DNA of 64,000 nt from an uncultured Kiloniellales bacterium (GCA_947258885.1 CAMYKD010000033.1:9947-73946), one strand, 5' to 3'. Shown: positions 37,399-48,680, numbered from the stretch's first letter. Notes: generated from the sequence alone by a model not told the origin. Numbers and translations: made by a program.

Positions 37399-38394
37399 AT
37401 GGAGATCCGACATCCCTATCTGCTGTTCTTGGGCGACGCGCCGGACCAGCTGAGCGCCAAGACCGCCCAGGGCGTCGCCCAATGGCGGCCGGACTGGTGC
37501 CTGGGGCAGCTGCGCCTGCCCGGCTGCCAGGCGGACCTCGGGCTGAAGGACATGACCTTGGACGAGGCCGTGGCGGCCGGCGCCAGGACCTTGGTGGTCG
37601 GCGTCGCCAACCGGGGCGGCGTGATCGCGGAAAGCTGGATCGGAGCGCTGGAGCGCGCGCTCGCGCTCGGCCTGGACCTGGCCTCGGGGTTGCACAGCAA
37701 GCTGGCCGACGTGCCGGGCCTGGCCGCCGGGGCGACCAGCAACGGCGCGCGACTGTTCGACGTGCGACATCCGAGCGAAAGGTTCCCAGTGGCCAACGGC
37801 GCGAAGCGGCCGGGCAAGCGCCTCCTGACCGTCGGCACCGACTGCGCGGTTGGCAAGATGTTCGCGGCGCTGGCGCTGGAGAAGGAGATGCAGGCTCGTG
37901 GCATGAAGGCCGACTTCCGCGCCACCGGGCAGACCGGCATCCTGATTGCCGGCAACGGGGTCTCGGTCGATGCGGTGGTCGCCGACTTCATCTCCGGCGC
38001 CACCGAGTGGCTGACCCCGGCCAACGACGACGACCACTGGGATGTGGTCGAGGGCCAGGGCTCGCTGTTCCACGCGTCTTTCGCCGGGGTCTCGATGGGC
38101 CTGATCCATGGCAGCCAGCCCGACGCCCTCGTGCTCTGCCACGAGCCGACCCGCAGTCACATGCGCGGCCTGCCGGACTATCCCCTGCCGTCGCTCGAGG
38201 CCTGCCTGGAGGCGAACTTGGCCGCCGCGCGCCTGACCAACCCGGCGGTCGTCAGCGTCGGCATCGCGGTCAACACCTCGCGCATGGCGCCCGGGGACGC
38301 CGCGGCCTATCTGGCCGAGACCGGCGCGCGCCTCGGCCTGCCCGCCGTCGACCCGGTCAGGGACGGCGTCGCGCCCATCGTCGACCGGCTATGA
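37399..38394 (+). CDS. dgcN: DUF1611-family protein (DgcN-like D-glutamate N-acetyltransferase)
   Basis: PYLLFLGDA, LLTVGTDCAVGKM, EGQGSL.HP-type segment (VEGQGSLFHASFAGVS). Confidence 0.65.
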   Translation: MEIRHPYLLFLGDAPDQLSAKTAQGVAQWRPDWCLGQLRLPGCQADLGLKDMTLDEAVAAGARTLVVGVANRGGVIAESWIGALERALALGLDLASGLHSKLADVPGLAAGATSNGARLFDVRHPSERFPVANGAKRPGKRLLTVGTDCAVGKMFAALALEKEMQARGMKADFRATGQTGILIAGNGVSVDAVVADFISGATEWLTPANDDDHWDVVEGQGSLFHASFAGVSMGLIHGSQPDALVLCHEPTRSHMRGLPDYPLPSLEACLEANLAAARLTNPAVVSVGIAVNTSRMAPGDAAAYLAETGARLGLPAVDPVRDGVAPIVDRL

Positions 38395-39371
38395 CCGAGC
38401 TTGCCGTCAGAGCCGAGACCTGGCCGCTTCGCGGCAGCTTCACGATCTCGCGCGGCAGCAGGACGGCGGCCGAGGTGATCGTGGTGGAGCTGGCAGTTGG
38501 TGGCGCGCGGGGCCGCGGCGAATGCGTGCCCTATGCCCGCTACGGCGAGACCGTGGAGGGCGTCGTCCAGGTGATCGAGGGGCTACGCGGGCCGCTGTCG
38601 GGCGGTCTCGACCGCACCGGCCTGCAGAGCGTGCTGCCCGCCGGGGCCGCCCGCAACGCGGTCGACTGTGCCTTCTGGGACCTGGAGGCCAAGCAGGCCG
38701 GCCACAGGGTCTGGGAGCTGCTCGGCCAGGCCGCGCCCGGACCGGTGACGACCGCCTACACCCTGTCGCTCGACACGGCGGAGGCCATGGCCCGCGCGGC
38801 GGCCGAGAACGCCTGGCGCCCGCTCCTGAAGCTTAAGCTTGCGGGACCCGAGGACCTGGCCCGGGTCGAGGCCGTGCGCGAGGCCGCGCCGGAGACCCGC
38901 CTGGTGGTCGACGCCAACGAGGGCTGGGCGCCGGGGCTCTACGCCGAGCTGGCGCCGCACCTCGCCGTGCTCGGCGTCGAGGTGATCGAGCAGCCGCTGC
39001 CCGCCGGCCACGACGCGGCGCTTGCCACCATGCAGCGCCCGGTCGCGGTCGCGGCCGACGAATCCTGCCACGACACGGCCTCGCTGGCCGGGCTCGCCGG
39101 GCGCTACGACATGGTCAACATCAAGTTGGACAAGACCGGCGGCCTGACCGAGGCGCTCCGCCTCAAGGCCGCGGCCCAGGCCGAGGGCTACGGCGTCATG
39201 GTCGGCTGCATGTTGGCGACCTCGCTGGCCATGGCCCCGGCCTTCCTGGTCGCCCGGGACGCCCAAATCGTCGACCTCGACGGCCCCCTGCTGCTCGAAC
39301 GCGACCGGCCCGAGGGCCTCGCCTTCGAGGGCAGCCTGATCCACCCGCCCGAAGCAAACCTGTGGGGATGA
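38391..39371 (+). CDS. dgcA: enolase-superfamily dipeptide epimerase / N-acetyl-D-glutamate racemase (DgcA-like)
   Basis: ATGA overlap with dgcN. KLKL, DANEGW, IEQPL, ADES, IKLDKTGGLTEA, DLDGPLLL. Confidence 0.7.
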   Translation: MTELAVRAETWPLRGSFTISRGSRTAAEVIVVELAVGGARGRGECVPYARYGETVEGVVQVIEGLRGPLSGGLDRTGLQSVLPAGAARNAVDCAFWDLEAKQAGHRVWELLGQAAPGPVTTAYTLSLDTAEAMARAAAENAWRPLLKLKLAGPEDLARVEAVREAAPETRLVVDANEGWAPGLYAELAPHLAVLGVEVIEQPLPAGHDAALATMQRPVAVAADESCHDTASLAGLAGRYDMVNIKLDKTGGLTEALRLKAAAQAEGYGVMVGCMLATSLAMAPAFLVARDAQIVDLDGPLLLERDRPEGLAFEGSLIHPPEANLWG

Positions 39372-39372
39372 C

Positions 39373-40626
39373 ATGACCCTGGATCCGTCCCGGGACCCGA
39401 CTGTGGCCGCAGAGCGGCCGACCTTCGTAACCCATCTCGAATGCTCGATGACCGGCCGGGCCTACGAGGCCGATCAGGTTCACGGCCTGTCCGAAGCCGG
39501 CAAGCCGCTCCTGGTGCGCTACGACCTGGAGGCGCTCGCCAAGGCCGTGAACAAGGCGGCCTTGGCCGAACGGCCCGGCGGCTTCTGGCGCTTCCGGGAG
39601 TTCCTGCCGCTGCGCAAGGCCGAGAACGTGATCAGCCTGGGTGAGGTCACGACCCCGATCGTCCGCTTGCCGCGCCTCGAGCCTGCTAACGGGGGCGGGG
39701 CGCTCTTCGTCAAGGACGAGGGGCGCCTGCCGACCGGCTCGTTCAAGGCGCGCGGCCTGGCGCTCGCGGTCGCCATGGCCAAGGAGCTGGGCCTCGAGCA
39801 CTTGGCCATGCCGACCGCCGGCAACGCCGGCGCGGCCATGGCGGCCTACGCCAAGCGCGCGGGTCTACGCAGCACGATCTTCTGCCCCGACGACGCGCCC
39901 GCCGTCGCGGTCTCGGAGATGGCGATCCAGGGCGCCGCGGTCTACCGTGTCAACGGCCTGATCAACGACTGCGGCAAGTTGGTGGGCGAGGGCAAGGCGG
40001 CGACCGGCTGGTTCGATCTCTCGACCCTCAAGGAGCCCTACCGCATCGAGGGCAAGAAGACCATGGGCCTGGAGTTGGCCGAGCAGTTCGGCTGGGATCT
40101 GCCCGACGTGATCTTCTACCCGACCGGCGGCGGCACCGGCCTGATCGGCATGTGGAAGGCCTTCGCGGAGCTGGAGGCGATCGGCTGGATCGGGTCCAAG
40201 CGCCCGCGCATGGTGGCGGTCCAGTCGACCGGCTGCGCGCCCATCGTCAAGGCCTTCGAAGAAGGCGAGGAGCACGCGCCGCTGTGGCCAGACGCGCATA
40301 CCATCGCCGCTGGCATCCGCGTGCCGATCGCGGTCGGCGACTTCCTGATCCTGCGCGCGGTGCGCGAAAGCGGCGGCTTCGCGGTCGCCGTCACGGACGA
40401 GGCGATCCTGGCCGGCGTCGACGAGGTCGCCAAGACCGAGGGCCTGCTGCTCTGCCCCGAGGGCGCGGCGACCTACGCGGCCTACAAGCAGGCGCTTGCC
40501 GAGGGCCGGGTCCAGCCGCGGGACCGCTGCGTGCTCTACAACTGCGCCACCGGCCTCAAGTACCCCCTGCCCGAGGTCGACAGCGGCCTCGACCGCCACG
40601 CCGAGATCGACTACGCGGCGCTTTAG
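39373..40626 (+). CDS. threonine-synthase-like PLP-dependent enzyme (fold type II)
   Basis: PTGSFKARG (PLP lysine), PTAGNAGAA, PTGGGTGLIG. Confidence 0.75.
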   Translation: MTLDPSRDPTVAAERPTFVTHLECSMTGRAYEADQVHGLSEAGKPLLVRYDLEALAKAVNKAALAERPGGFWRFREFLPLRKAENVISLGEVTTPIVRLPRLEPANGGGALFVKDEGRLPTGSFKARGLALAVAMAKELGLEHLAMPTAGNAGAAMAAYAKRAGLRSTIFCPDDAPAVAVSEMAIQGAAVYRVNGLINDCGKLVGEGKAATGWFDLSTLKEPYRIEGKKTMGLELAEQFGWDLPDVIFYPTGGGTGLIGMWKAFAELEAIGWIGSKRPRMVAVQSTGCAPIVKAFEEGEEHAPLWPDAHTIAAGIRVPIAVGDFLILRAVRESGGFAVAVTDEAILAGVDEVAKTEGLLLCPEGAATYAAYKQALAEGRVQPRDRCVLYNCATGLKYPLPEVDSGLDRHAEIDYAAL

Positions 40627-40650
40627 GGGGCGCCGAGAGGGTAAGCAACC

Positions 40651-41532
40651 ATGACCGACATGCCGCGCCTCTACCCGGATCCGGTCCCGGCGATCCATCC
40701 GTTGCCGGAATATCAGGCGGACGGCCAGGTCGCCCGGTGGTACGGCGAGGTCAAGGCGGTGCTTCAGGTGCCCTGGATGGGCGTCGTGACCATGGCCTAC
40801 GCCCACTATCCGACGTTCTTCGGCGAGCTGTGGCGCGGCTTGAAGCCCCTGTTGGCGAGCGCGCCCTTCGTCGAGGCGTTCCAGGAAAACCGCGCATACA
40901 TCGAGGCGGCGGTGGCGGAGCTCGACTCGCCGCCGATCGTCGGACGGCTCGCCGCGCTCGGCTATGCGCCGCGCGAAGTCGAGGGGATAAAGGCCGCTGT
41001 CGAGGTGTTCTCCCACGGCAACCATCCCTATGCGCTGATCGCGACGGTCGCGCGCCTCTTGATGGAGGGCGGCGAGATGGCCGGTGTTGGCGAGGCGCCG
41101 GCCCACGAGGGACGGCACGCGCCCGAGGTCTCGGTGCCCTTCGTGCTGATGGAGGCGCACCACGCCGACGTGCCGACCCGGGCAGTCTACGACGAAGTCA
41201 AGCGGACGCTCGGCCTGCCCTTCGTCAATACCGACTACCGGGCCTTCGCCCGCTGGCCCAGCTACTTCGCCTTGGCCTGGGCGGACCTACAGCCGCACGC
41301 CGGAAGCCCGGCGCACGAGGCGCTCTGTCGGACCTATCACGAGCGCATGGTCGAAGCGGCGCGGGACGCCATGCCGAACCCGGGCGGGCTGAGCCCAGCG
41401 GCCCTGCGCGAAGCGGCCGCGGCCGACGCGCCGCTCGAGCAGGTGCTTGCCGTGTGCCGGCTGTTCCAGTGGCTGCTGCCCGGCCTCGTCATCAACGTCG
41501 CGTTCTTCCGCCACCAGCTCCTGCGGGCGTGA
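40651..41532 (+). CDS. DehI-like (group I alpha-haloacid dehalogenase family) protein
   Basis: Two-repeat helical architecture. The segments YGEVKAVLQVPWMG...YPTFFGELW and VYDEVKRTLGLPFVNTDYRAFARWP resemble my recollection of the DehI family. Recall-based only. Confidence 0.45.
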   Translation: MTDMPRLYPDPVPAIHPLPEYQADGQVARWYGEVKAVLQVPWMGVVTMAYAHYPTFFGELWRGLKPLLASAPFVEAFQENRAYIEAAVAELDSPPIVGRLAALGYAPREVEGIKAAVEVFSHGNHPYALIATVARLLMEGGEMAGVGEAPAHEGRHAPEVSVPFVLMEAHHADVPTRAVYDEVKRTLGLPFVNTDYRAFARWPSYFALAWADLQPHAGSPAHEALCRTYHERMVEAARDAMPNPGGLSPAALREAAAADAPLEQVLAVCRLFQWLLPGLVINVAFFRHQLLRA

Positions 41533-41579
41533 TGCCGGCCGGCCTTGCGGCGTCGCGATTCCCGCTGGGGCCGTTCGGT

Positions 41580-42014
41580 CTAAGCCTTGCCCGGACTCCG
41601 CGCCTTTCGGCCGAGCCCGATCTTCTTGGCCAGTTCGCTGCGCGTCTTGGCGTACTTGGGCGCGACCATCGGATAGTCCGAGGGCAGAGACCACTTGGTC
41701 CGGTACTCGTCGGGCGACAAGCCGAAGGACGTCCTGAGGTGGCGCTTGAGCATCTTCAGCTTCTTTCCGTCCTCGAGACAGACGATGTAGTCGGGCCTGA
41801 CGGACTTCTTGACCGGCACCGCCGGCTCGGGCCGTTCCGGGGCCACCTCGCCCGGGTTCATCAGGGCCTCGTGCACGGTCCTGATGAGTTGCGGAAGCTC
41901 ACTGGGCGGCAGGTTATTATTGGCCACGTAGGCCGACACTATCTTCGAAATCAACCTAAACGACGAATTATCGTTGCTGCCCTCAAACATACCCTTCTCC
42001 CCGTCCAGTATCAT
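41580..42014 (-). CDS. mucR: MucR/Ros-family zinc-finger transcriptional regulator
   Basis: IVSAYVANNNLPPSELPQLIRTVHEAL, PDYIVCLEDGKKLKMLKRHLRT.FGLSPDEYR.KW.LP.DYPMVAP.Y. Confidence 0.85.
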   Translation of the reverse strand: MILDGEKGMFEGSNDNSSFRLISKIVSAYVANNNLPPSELPQLIRTVHEALMNPGEVAPERPEPAVPVKKSVRPDYIVCLEDGKKLKMLKRHLRTSFGLSPDEYRTKWSLPSDYPMVAPKYAKTRSELAKKIGLGRKARSPGKA

Positions 42015-42129
42015 TGAACTGGGGCATTATAAATTGTCGGAGATACTTTTATCAAGACAGATTTAGACGGCAGGAATTCATAACCATTCATACAATCAAA
42101 TCATCATGGTCTCGCTATAAAATAGCCGG

Positions 42130-43965
<1,836 letters not shown>

Positions 43966-44005
43966 GGCGCGGGGCGGGGGAGCAGGGCGAGGGGAGCAAG
44001 ACGGC

Positions 44006-44770
44006 ATGTCCGCACAGAAGCTCGGCAGCCACGAGGGCGGTGCGAATATCTACGGCGTCGGCATCGGCATCCTCAGCCTCGACAGCTCTTTTGCGAAGCC
44101 GCCCGGGCATATCAAGAACGCGCTGACCTTCGGCTTTCCGGTCTCCTACAAGGTCGTCGAGGGCGCAACGGTCAAGAAGCTGCTGAGGAACCCCGGGCCC
44201 GATCTGCTCGAGCCTTTTCTCCGCGCCGTGCGGGAGCTCGAACGCGAGGGCGTCCGGGCGATCACGGGGAGCTGCGGGTTTCTCGCGCTCTATCAGCGGG
44301 AGCTGGCGGATGCCGTCGACATCCCGGTCTTTATGTCGAGCCTCGTTCAACTGCCCCTGGTGCGGAGCCAATTGAAACGGGGCCAGAAGGTCGGCGTGCT
44401 GACGGCGAGCAAGGCGAGCCTGACGCCCGCCCACCTGGAGGCGGTCGGCGCCGGCAACGTCCCGGTCTGCATCGAGGGCATGGACGGCAGCGAGGAGTTC
44501 GACAGCGTCATCATCGAGGCCGAGCGCGACCGCATCGATTTCGACAAGCTCGAAGCGGAGATCGTCGCCGCCGCCGAACGGCTGGCAAGCGCGAACCCGG
44601 ACATCGGCGCGCTGGTCCTGGAATGCACGGATATGTCGCCCTTCGCCGACGCCATCCAGCAGCGGGTGAAGCTCCCGGTCTTCGACCTGGTGACCTTGAC
44701 CCAGATGGTCTACGCCGCCGTCACCCGCGCCCGCCACCCGCTCTTCGCGGCCGCCGCCCGCTGGAGCTAG
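44006..44770 (+). CDS. Asp/Glu/hydantoin racemase-family protein
   Basis: ITGSCGFL and LECTDMSPF (the two Cys-containing active-site motifs typical of this family). Confidence 0.6.
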   Translation: MSAQKLGSHEGGANIYGVGIGILSLDSSFAKPPGHIKNALTFGFPVSYKVVEGATVKKLLRNPGPDLLEPFLRAVRELEREGVRAITGSCGFLALYQRELADAVDIPVFMSSLVQLPLVRSQLKRGQKVGVLTASKASLTPAHLEAVGAGNVPVCIEGMDGSEEFDSVIIEAERDRIDFDKLEAEIVAAAERLASANPDIGALVLECTDMSPFADAIQQRVKLPVFDLVTLTQMVYAAVTRARHPLFAAAARWS

Positions 44771-44847
44771 GAATTTCAGGGACACAATACTTTTTAAGCA
44801 TCGATGGTGAGCGCCTGACGTTACGAAAATCGTACTGTGTCACGGAA

Positions 44848-45264
44848 TTACCCCAATTCGCAGGCCGACACCGACAATTCGAGAGCTGAACCGGAGGTCC
44901 GGGATGCCTCGCAGGCGGGCCGGCCCGGCCCCGCGGATCCGCCTTTCAGGGGAAATCCGACGAAGACGATACCAGCCGCGACCCACAGGAACAGGGCGAC
45001 GAGCCAATAGTGCTGTATGTCGCCGTAAAGCTGCATCTTTGGATCCTGCAGCTCTTCGTACTCCGCCCTGGCGATGTAGCCCTGCAGGCGGAACAAGCCC
45101 CCGGGCTGCGAGGGCTGCCCGAGAGGCGTCGGCTGACCGAGCCGCCGCCAGACCGCCGGGTGCCGGTACCGCAGACGCGCCATGAACTGTCCCTGGGCCC
45201 ACAACAGCACCAGAACGCCGACGAGTATCCCGAGCCCCCAGATCTTGAAAGCAATATCGGACAT
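44848..45264 (-). CDS. small membrane protein, unknown function
   Basis: MSDIAFKIWGLGILVGVLVLLWA and HYWLVALFLWVAAGIVFVGF TM helices. Start chosen at the ATG before the first TM helix. Confidence 0.4.
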   Translation of the reverse strand: MSDIAFKIWGLGILVGVLVLLWAQGQFMARLRYRHPAVWRRLGQPTPLGQPSQPGGLFRLQGYIARAEYEELQDPKMQLYGDIQHYWLVALFLWVAAGIVFVGFPLKGGSAGPGRPACEASRTSGSALELSVSACELG

Positions 45265-45510
45265 CGGCGCCTCACGAGCGATCTCACGAATTCGACGCCA
45301 AGTTTCGGGTCGCATCGATTTCTAAATCGTCAAGGGAGATCGAGATGCCGGGTCAAGTCTTGAATTATCAGTTTTGATGTCTGCGGTATACCGAAGCCGC
45401 AGGCGGAGAGCCGATGATTCGGGGCTTGACCCCGACCATGTGGCCCCGAGAATGCGTAGCCGCAGCTCGGCAAGGGTGGGCAACGGGATGACCTCAGGAG
45501 AGAATGCGCG

Positions 45511-45906
45511 ATGGTGAAGGCGGTGGACATCCAGGCGGCGCTGGCCGCGCGGGCGGTTCTGCGCGGGCGCACGCCCGAAACGCCGAAAGAGGAGACCGCG
45601 GAGGCTTTTGCCACCTTGGCGGCTTTCAACGACGGGGGCGTGTTCGCGGGCAGCTTCGCGGGCGACACCGCCTGGGAGCGGCACGGGAAGGGCGACGAGC
45701 TGGTGCACATCCTCTCGGGGGCGACCACGCTCACCATTCTCGCCGAGGACGGCCCCCGGGTGTTGGAGATGAAGGCCGGCATGCTCGCGGTGGTGCCGCG
45801 GGGCTGCTGGCACCGATTCCAGGCCCCCGGCGGCGTGACCGTGCTGACCGCGACGCCGCAGCCCACGGATCACTCGACCGCCCAGGATCCGCGGCTGGAA
45901 GGGTGA
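45511..45906 (+). CDS. cupin-domain protein
   Basis: GDELVHILSG...GMLAVVPRGCWHRF cupin motifs. Confidence 0.7.
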   Translation: MVKAVDIQAALAARAVLRGRTPETPKEETAEAFATLAAFNDGGVFAGSFAGDTAWERHGKGDELVHILSGATTLTILAEDGPRVLEMKAGMLAVVPRGCWHRFQAPGGVTVLTATPQPTDHSTAQDPRLEG

Positions 45907-45950
45907 CCCCAAGCACCGTTGACCCCAGGCGCCCGCGGCGCCGGTTTGGC

Positions 45951-46144
45951 CCTATTTTCCCGATGGGTGGGAAGAAGATGCTGTCTGGGGTGTTTATCAA
46001 TAGGTAATAGGTAGCAGCCTCTGGAAGCAGCTTTCGAGTCGGAGGGGGATATGGGGCCGTCGCTCGCCAGCGGCGGCCCCATCTTTCTTCACTCGGACAG
46101 AACGCACGGCCACGAGCCGAGGGCCCGGACGGGTCTGCGATCGG
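45951..46144 (+). repeat. about 190-bp repeat element, copy 1, containing a terminator-like hairpin
   Basis: Roughly 75-80% identical by eye to 48681-48867. Hairpin ATGGGGCCGTCGCT-cgcc-AGCGGCGGCCCCAT (46051-46082) followed by CTTTCTTC. Confidence 0.7.
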
Positions 46145-46429
46145 AAACCCCATCGAACCCGCCTGGACCGTCGGCAAACTCGAGCTTCTCGATATTCCGA
46201 TTCCCTGGGGCACTCGGCGGCCGGACCGGTGTCCAAGGGTTCGGGCAACAGATCTGCTGGCTTGGCACGCGCCGCCAACCCCACGCTGGCTCACCGGCCG
46301 GGCATAGTGCCCCGGACAGCCCAGGACAATCCCGGACAGCCCGAGGGCCGGGTCTTGCGGCGCCCGGCGGCGGCCAATCGGGTCTGGTGAGTTTGCGGCA
46401 ACCCCGTTGTGAACTCGCCGCCGCGCGCC

Positions 46430-46650
46430 GCCCTCGAGCGAAGCAGCGCTCGGCCTGGAAGGGAACCTGATCGCGCATGACGTGGTAGCAGGCACGTGGA
46501 AGCGCTCGACTCGCGGCTGGTAACGGATCGCGAAGTAGGCCGCCTCGACAAAGGCCCAGGCCAGGTGCTTTTGCCGCACTTGCGGTCGCCCTCGCCTGCC
46601 AGTGGTCAAATGAGCCATATGGCTTATCCCGTTCTTTCCGGTGCATTCAG
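46430..46650 (-). pseudogene. 5'-truncated, frameshifted remnant of an IS110/IS1111-family transposase (C-terminal region only)
   Basis: Frame a: ...GKNGISHMAHLTTGRRGRPQVRQKHLAWAFVEAAYFAIRYQPRVERFH. Frame b: ...SRALPRACYHVMRDQVPFQAERCFA. Both match conserved C-terminal blocks of this family (..GNK.L.WAF.EAA.FA.RY.. and ..LARACY..MRDQVPF.). No N-terminal catalytic domain is present upstream. Confidence 0.6.
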
Positions 46651-47053
46651 ATGTGGTGCTCGGCGCCAGCGGTGTGCCACAACGCAAAGACCTGATTTTG
46701 TTTGTATTTAGCGGTTCGACACGTGAAGACCGGTTGCCTTGCGCCTCGAAATGTTGATGCAACCGGAAGCAAGGGGATAAGCCCTTGAGTCAATATCAAG
46801 GACCTTTGGCAATGGAGACTGCCGCGCCCGGTCGGCGGTCAGGCAGGATGACAGGCCGAGGCTCTTTGATCCCGCCGACTCGCGCGCGGGCGCCATGCTT
46901 CCGAAGGGTCGGATGGCCCTGGAATCCAATGGCCGCATCGAAGTCCATCGGATGAAAATTGCAAATAACTATAATGTAATAATGATTAGCGACATTACAA
47001 AAATAATACTGTATCAAATATCTCACTGATCATTTACGTACAATTACATAGTC

Positions 47054-47096
47054 TTGACAAAATAGTACTTTGATCTATGCGCAGGAGCAGTATACT
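47054..47096 (+). promoter_or_regulatory. promoter candidates in the AT-rich region upstream of the TadG-like gene
   Basis: TTGACA (47054-47059), 15-nt spacer, CTATGC. Alternative -10 TATACT at 47091-47096. Confidence 0.3.
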
Positions 47097-47146
47097 AGCA
47101 GAAAGCACCTATGATTTTTGTGGGTATACAACAGAGGGGACTTGAG

Positions 47147-48574
47147 ATGTCGCCATCGGCAAGCTCCGGATTTCAGAACCGCCAGCTCGTGGCCTGTGCC
47201 CGTCGCTTCCTGGCAGACGAGAGCGGCGCTTCGCTGCCCCTGACCGCTGCCGTGCTGATACCGCTGCTGGGGTTCATCGGCCTCGGGACCGATGCCGCCC
47301 GGGGCTACCTGGTCAAGGCCCGGCTCGGCGACGCTCTGGACGCCGCGGTGCTGGCCGGTGCCCACGTGATGGACCTGGCGAATCTCCAGTCGGAGATACA
47401 GAAGTATTTCAACGCCAACTTCCCGCAGGGGTACATGGGCGCAACGGTGACTTTGAACGCGGCGGACTTGAGCGGTGCCGACGACGAGATCATCAACGTA
47501 TCCGCATCGGCGTCGATGGACACCACGTTCATGCGGCTCTTTGGTTTCAACGCCTTGAACATCGGCACGGCGACGGAGGTGACGCGTCAGACCATCAGCA
47601 TGGACGTCGTGCTGTCTATGGACATGTCCGGCTCTATGGGCTGGTCCGACGGCAGCGGCGGCACGCGCATCGCCGCGGCCCGGACGGCATCCCAAACCTT
47701 GGTCGAAATCCTGTTTGGCAACAACTCGGCAAACGACCTGCTCCTGATCGGGCTGGTGCCTTGGAACGGTGCGGTCAACGTGACCTTGAACGATACCATC
47801 TATGACCGCAGCATGGTCACGACGGAGCCGACCGCGAGCTTCATCAACCCCTGGACCGGCAATCCCCAGTCCGAGGTCTATCTCGCGGCCAACTCGCCGG
47901 TGCCCCTACTGCGCAAACCGCCCAGCGACTGGACCGGATGCATCTACGCCCGCTACCTCGACAACGCCACCGACGACGACGACGCGGATCACCTGATGGC
48001 CCCGGTGACCACGGCCGACGGGACCGAGTGGCTGGGATGGAGGGACAGCGGCAGGCGTTATGGGGACTGCCTCGCACATGGGATCACGCCCCTGACCAGC
48101 GACAGGTCCACCATCGACGACGCGATCGACGATCTGGTCAGCCCGGACGGGGTCACCGACATCGCCCAGGGCCTGGCCTGGGCCTGGCGCGTGGTCTCGC
48201 CGGGCGAGCCCTTCGACGACGCAGACCCCTTCCCCAAGGGCCTGCACGACCGGGCCATCGTCCTGCTCACCGACGGCGAACAATGGGGCGGGTACTACGA
48301 TGGCTATAAGAGGGTCTTCGGGAGTGGTTCGGCCGCCGGCCCAAACGGCATGGACGACCGCCTGCGCGCGGTCGCGGCGAGCGCCAAGGCCGAGGGCATC
48401 AAGATCTACGTCATCCAGTTCTACTACAGTTCCGGACCGCTGCAGGCGCTCCTCCAGGAAGTCGCCACCGAGCCGGCGGCGCCCTACTACCACTTCGCCC
48501 CCGACGGAGACTCCCTGAAGAAGGTGTTCAAGGAGATCGCCAACGACCTGTCCGCCTTGAGGATTTCCAGATAA
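47147..48574 (+). CDS. TadG-like Flp-pilus-associated protein with a von Willebrand factor A domain
   Basis: N-terminal TadE/G-like segment (RRFLADESGASLPLTAAVLIPLLGFIGLGTDAARGY). vWA MIDAS motif (DVVLSMDMSGSM) and ...AIVLLTDGE. AGAGGGGA Shine-Dalgarno before ATG 47147. Confidence 0.75.
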   Translation: MSPSASSGFQNRQLVACARRFLADESGASLPLTAAVLIPLLGFIGLGTDAARGYLVKARLGDALDAAVLAGAHVMDLANLQSEIQKYFNANFPQGYMGATVTLNAADLSGADDEIINVSASASMDTTFMRLFGFNALNIGTATEVTRQTISMDVVLSMDMSGSMGWSDGSGGTRIAAARTASQTLVEILFGNNSANDLLLIGLVPWNGAVNVTLNDTIYDRSMVTTEPTASFINPWTGNPQSEVYLAANSPVPLLRKPPSDWTGCIYARYLDNATDDDDADHLMAPVTTADGTEWLGWRDSGRRYGDCLAHGITPLTSDRSTIDDAIDDLVSPDGVTDIAQGLAWAWRVVSPGEPFDDADPFPKGLHDRAIVLLTDGEQWGGYYDGYKRVFGSGSAAGPNGMDDRLRAVAASAKAEGIKIYVIQFYYSSGPLQALLQEVATEPAAPYYHFAPDGDSLKKVFKEIANDLSALRISR

Positions 48575-48680
48575 CGGATGAACCGTGCCGCGGCCTTGGC
48601 TGTTCTGGAACGCGGCCCTGCCGCCGCCATCCAACCTGCGCCGCCAGCAAAGAGAGGCGGCCGGCGGGGACGGCCGGCTC

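Noticed and set aside
45975-46010. Mini-ORF (MLSGVFINR) with a Shine-Dalgarno-like GGGAAG inside repeat copy 1
   Set aside because: The corresponding position in copy 2 reads MPS-stop. It is not conserved, so it is not a coding feature of the repeat.
46020-46040. SRP-RNA-like GGAAGCAGC string and a possible sigma-54 TGG-N9-TTGC-like pattern inside the repeats
   Set aside because: Only a short chance match. The flanking conserved SRP domain IV sequence is absent and the element is duplicated. The -12 element (TTCG/TTCC) does not fit the GC dinucleotide requirement.
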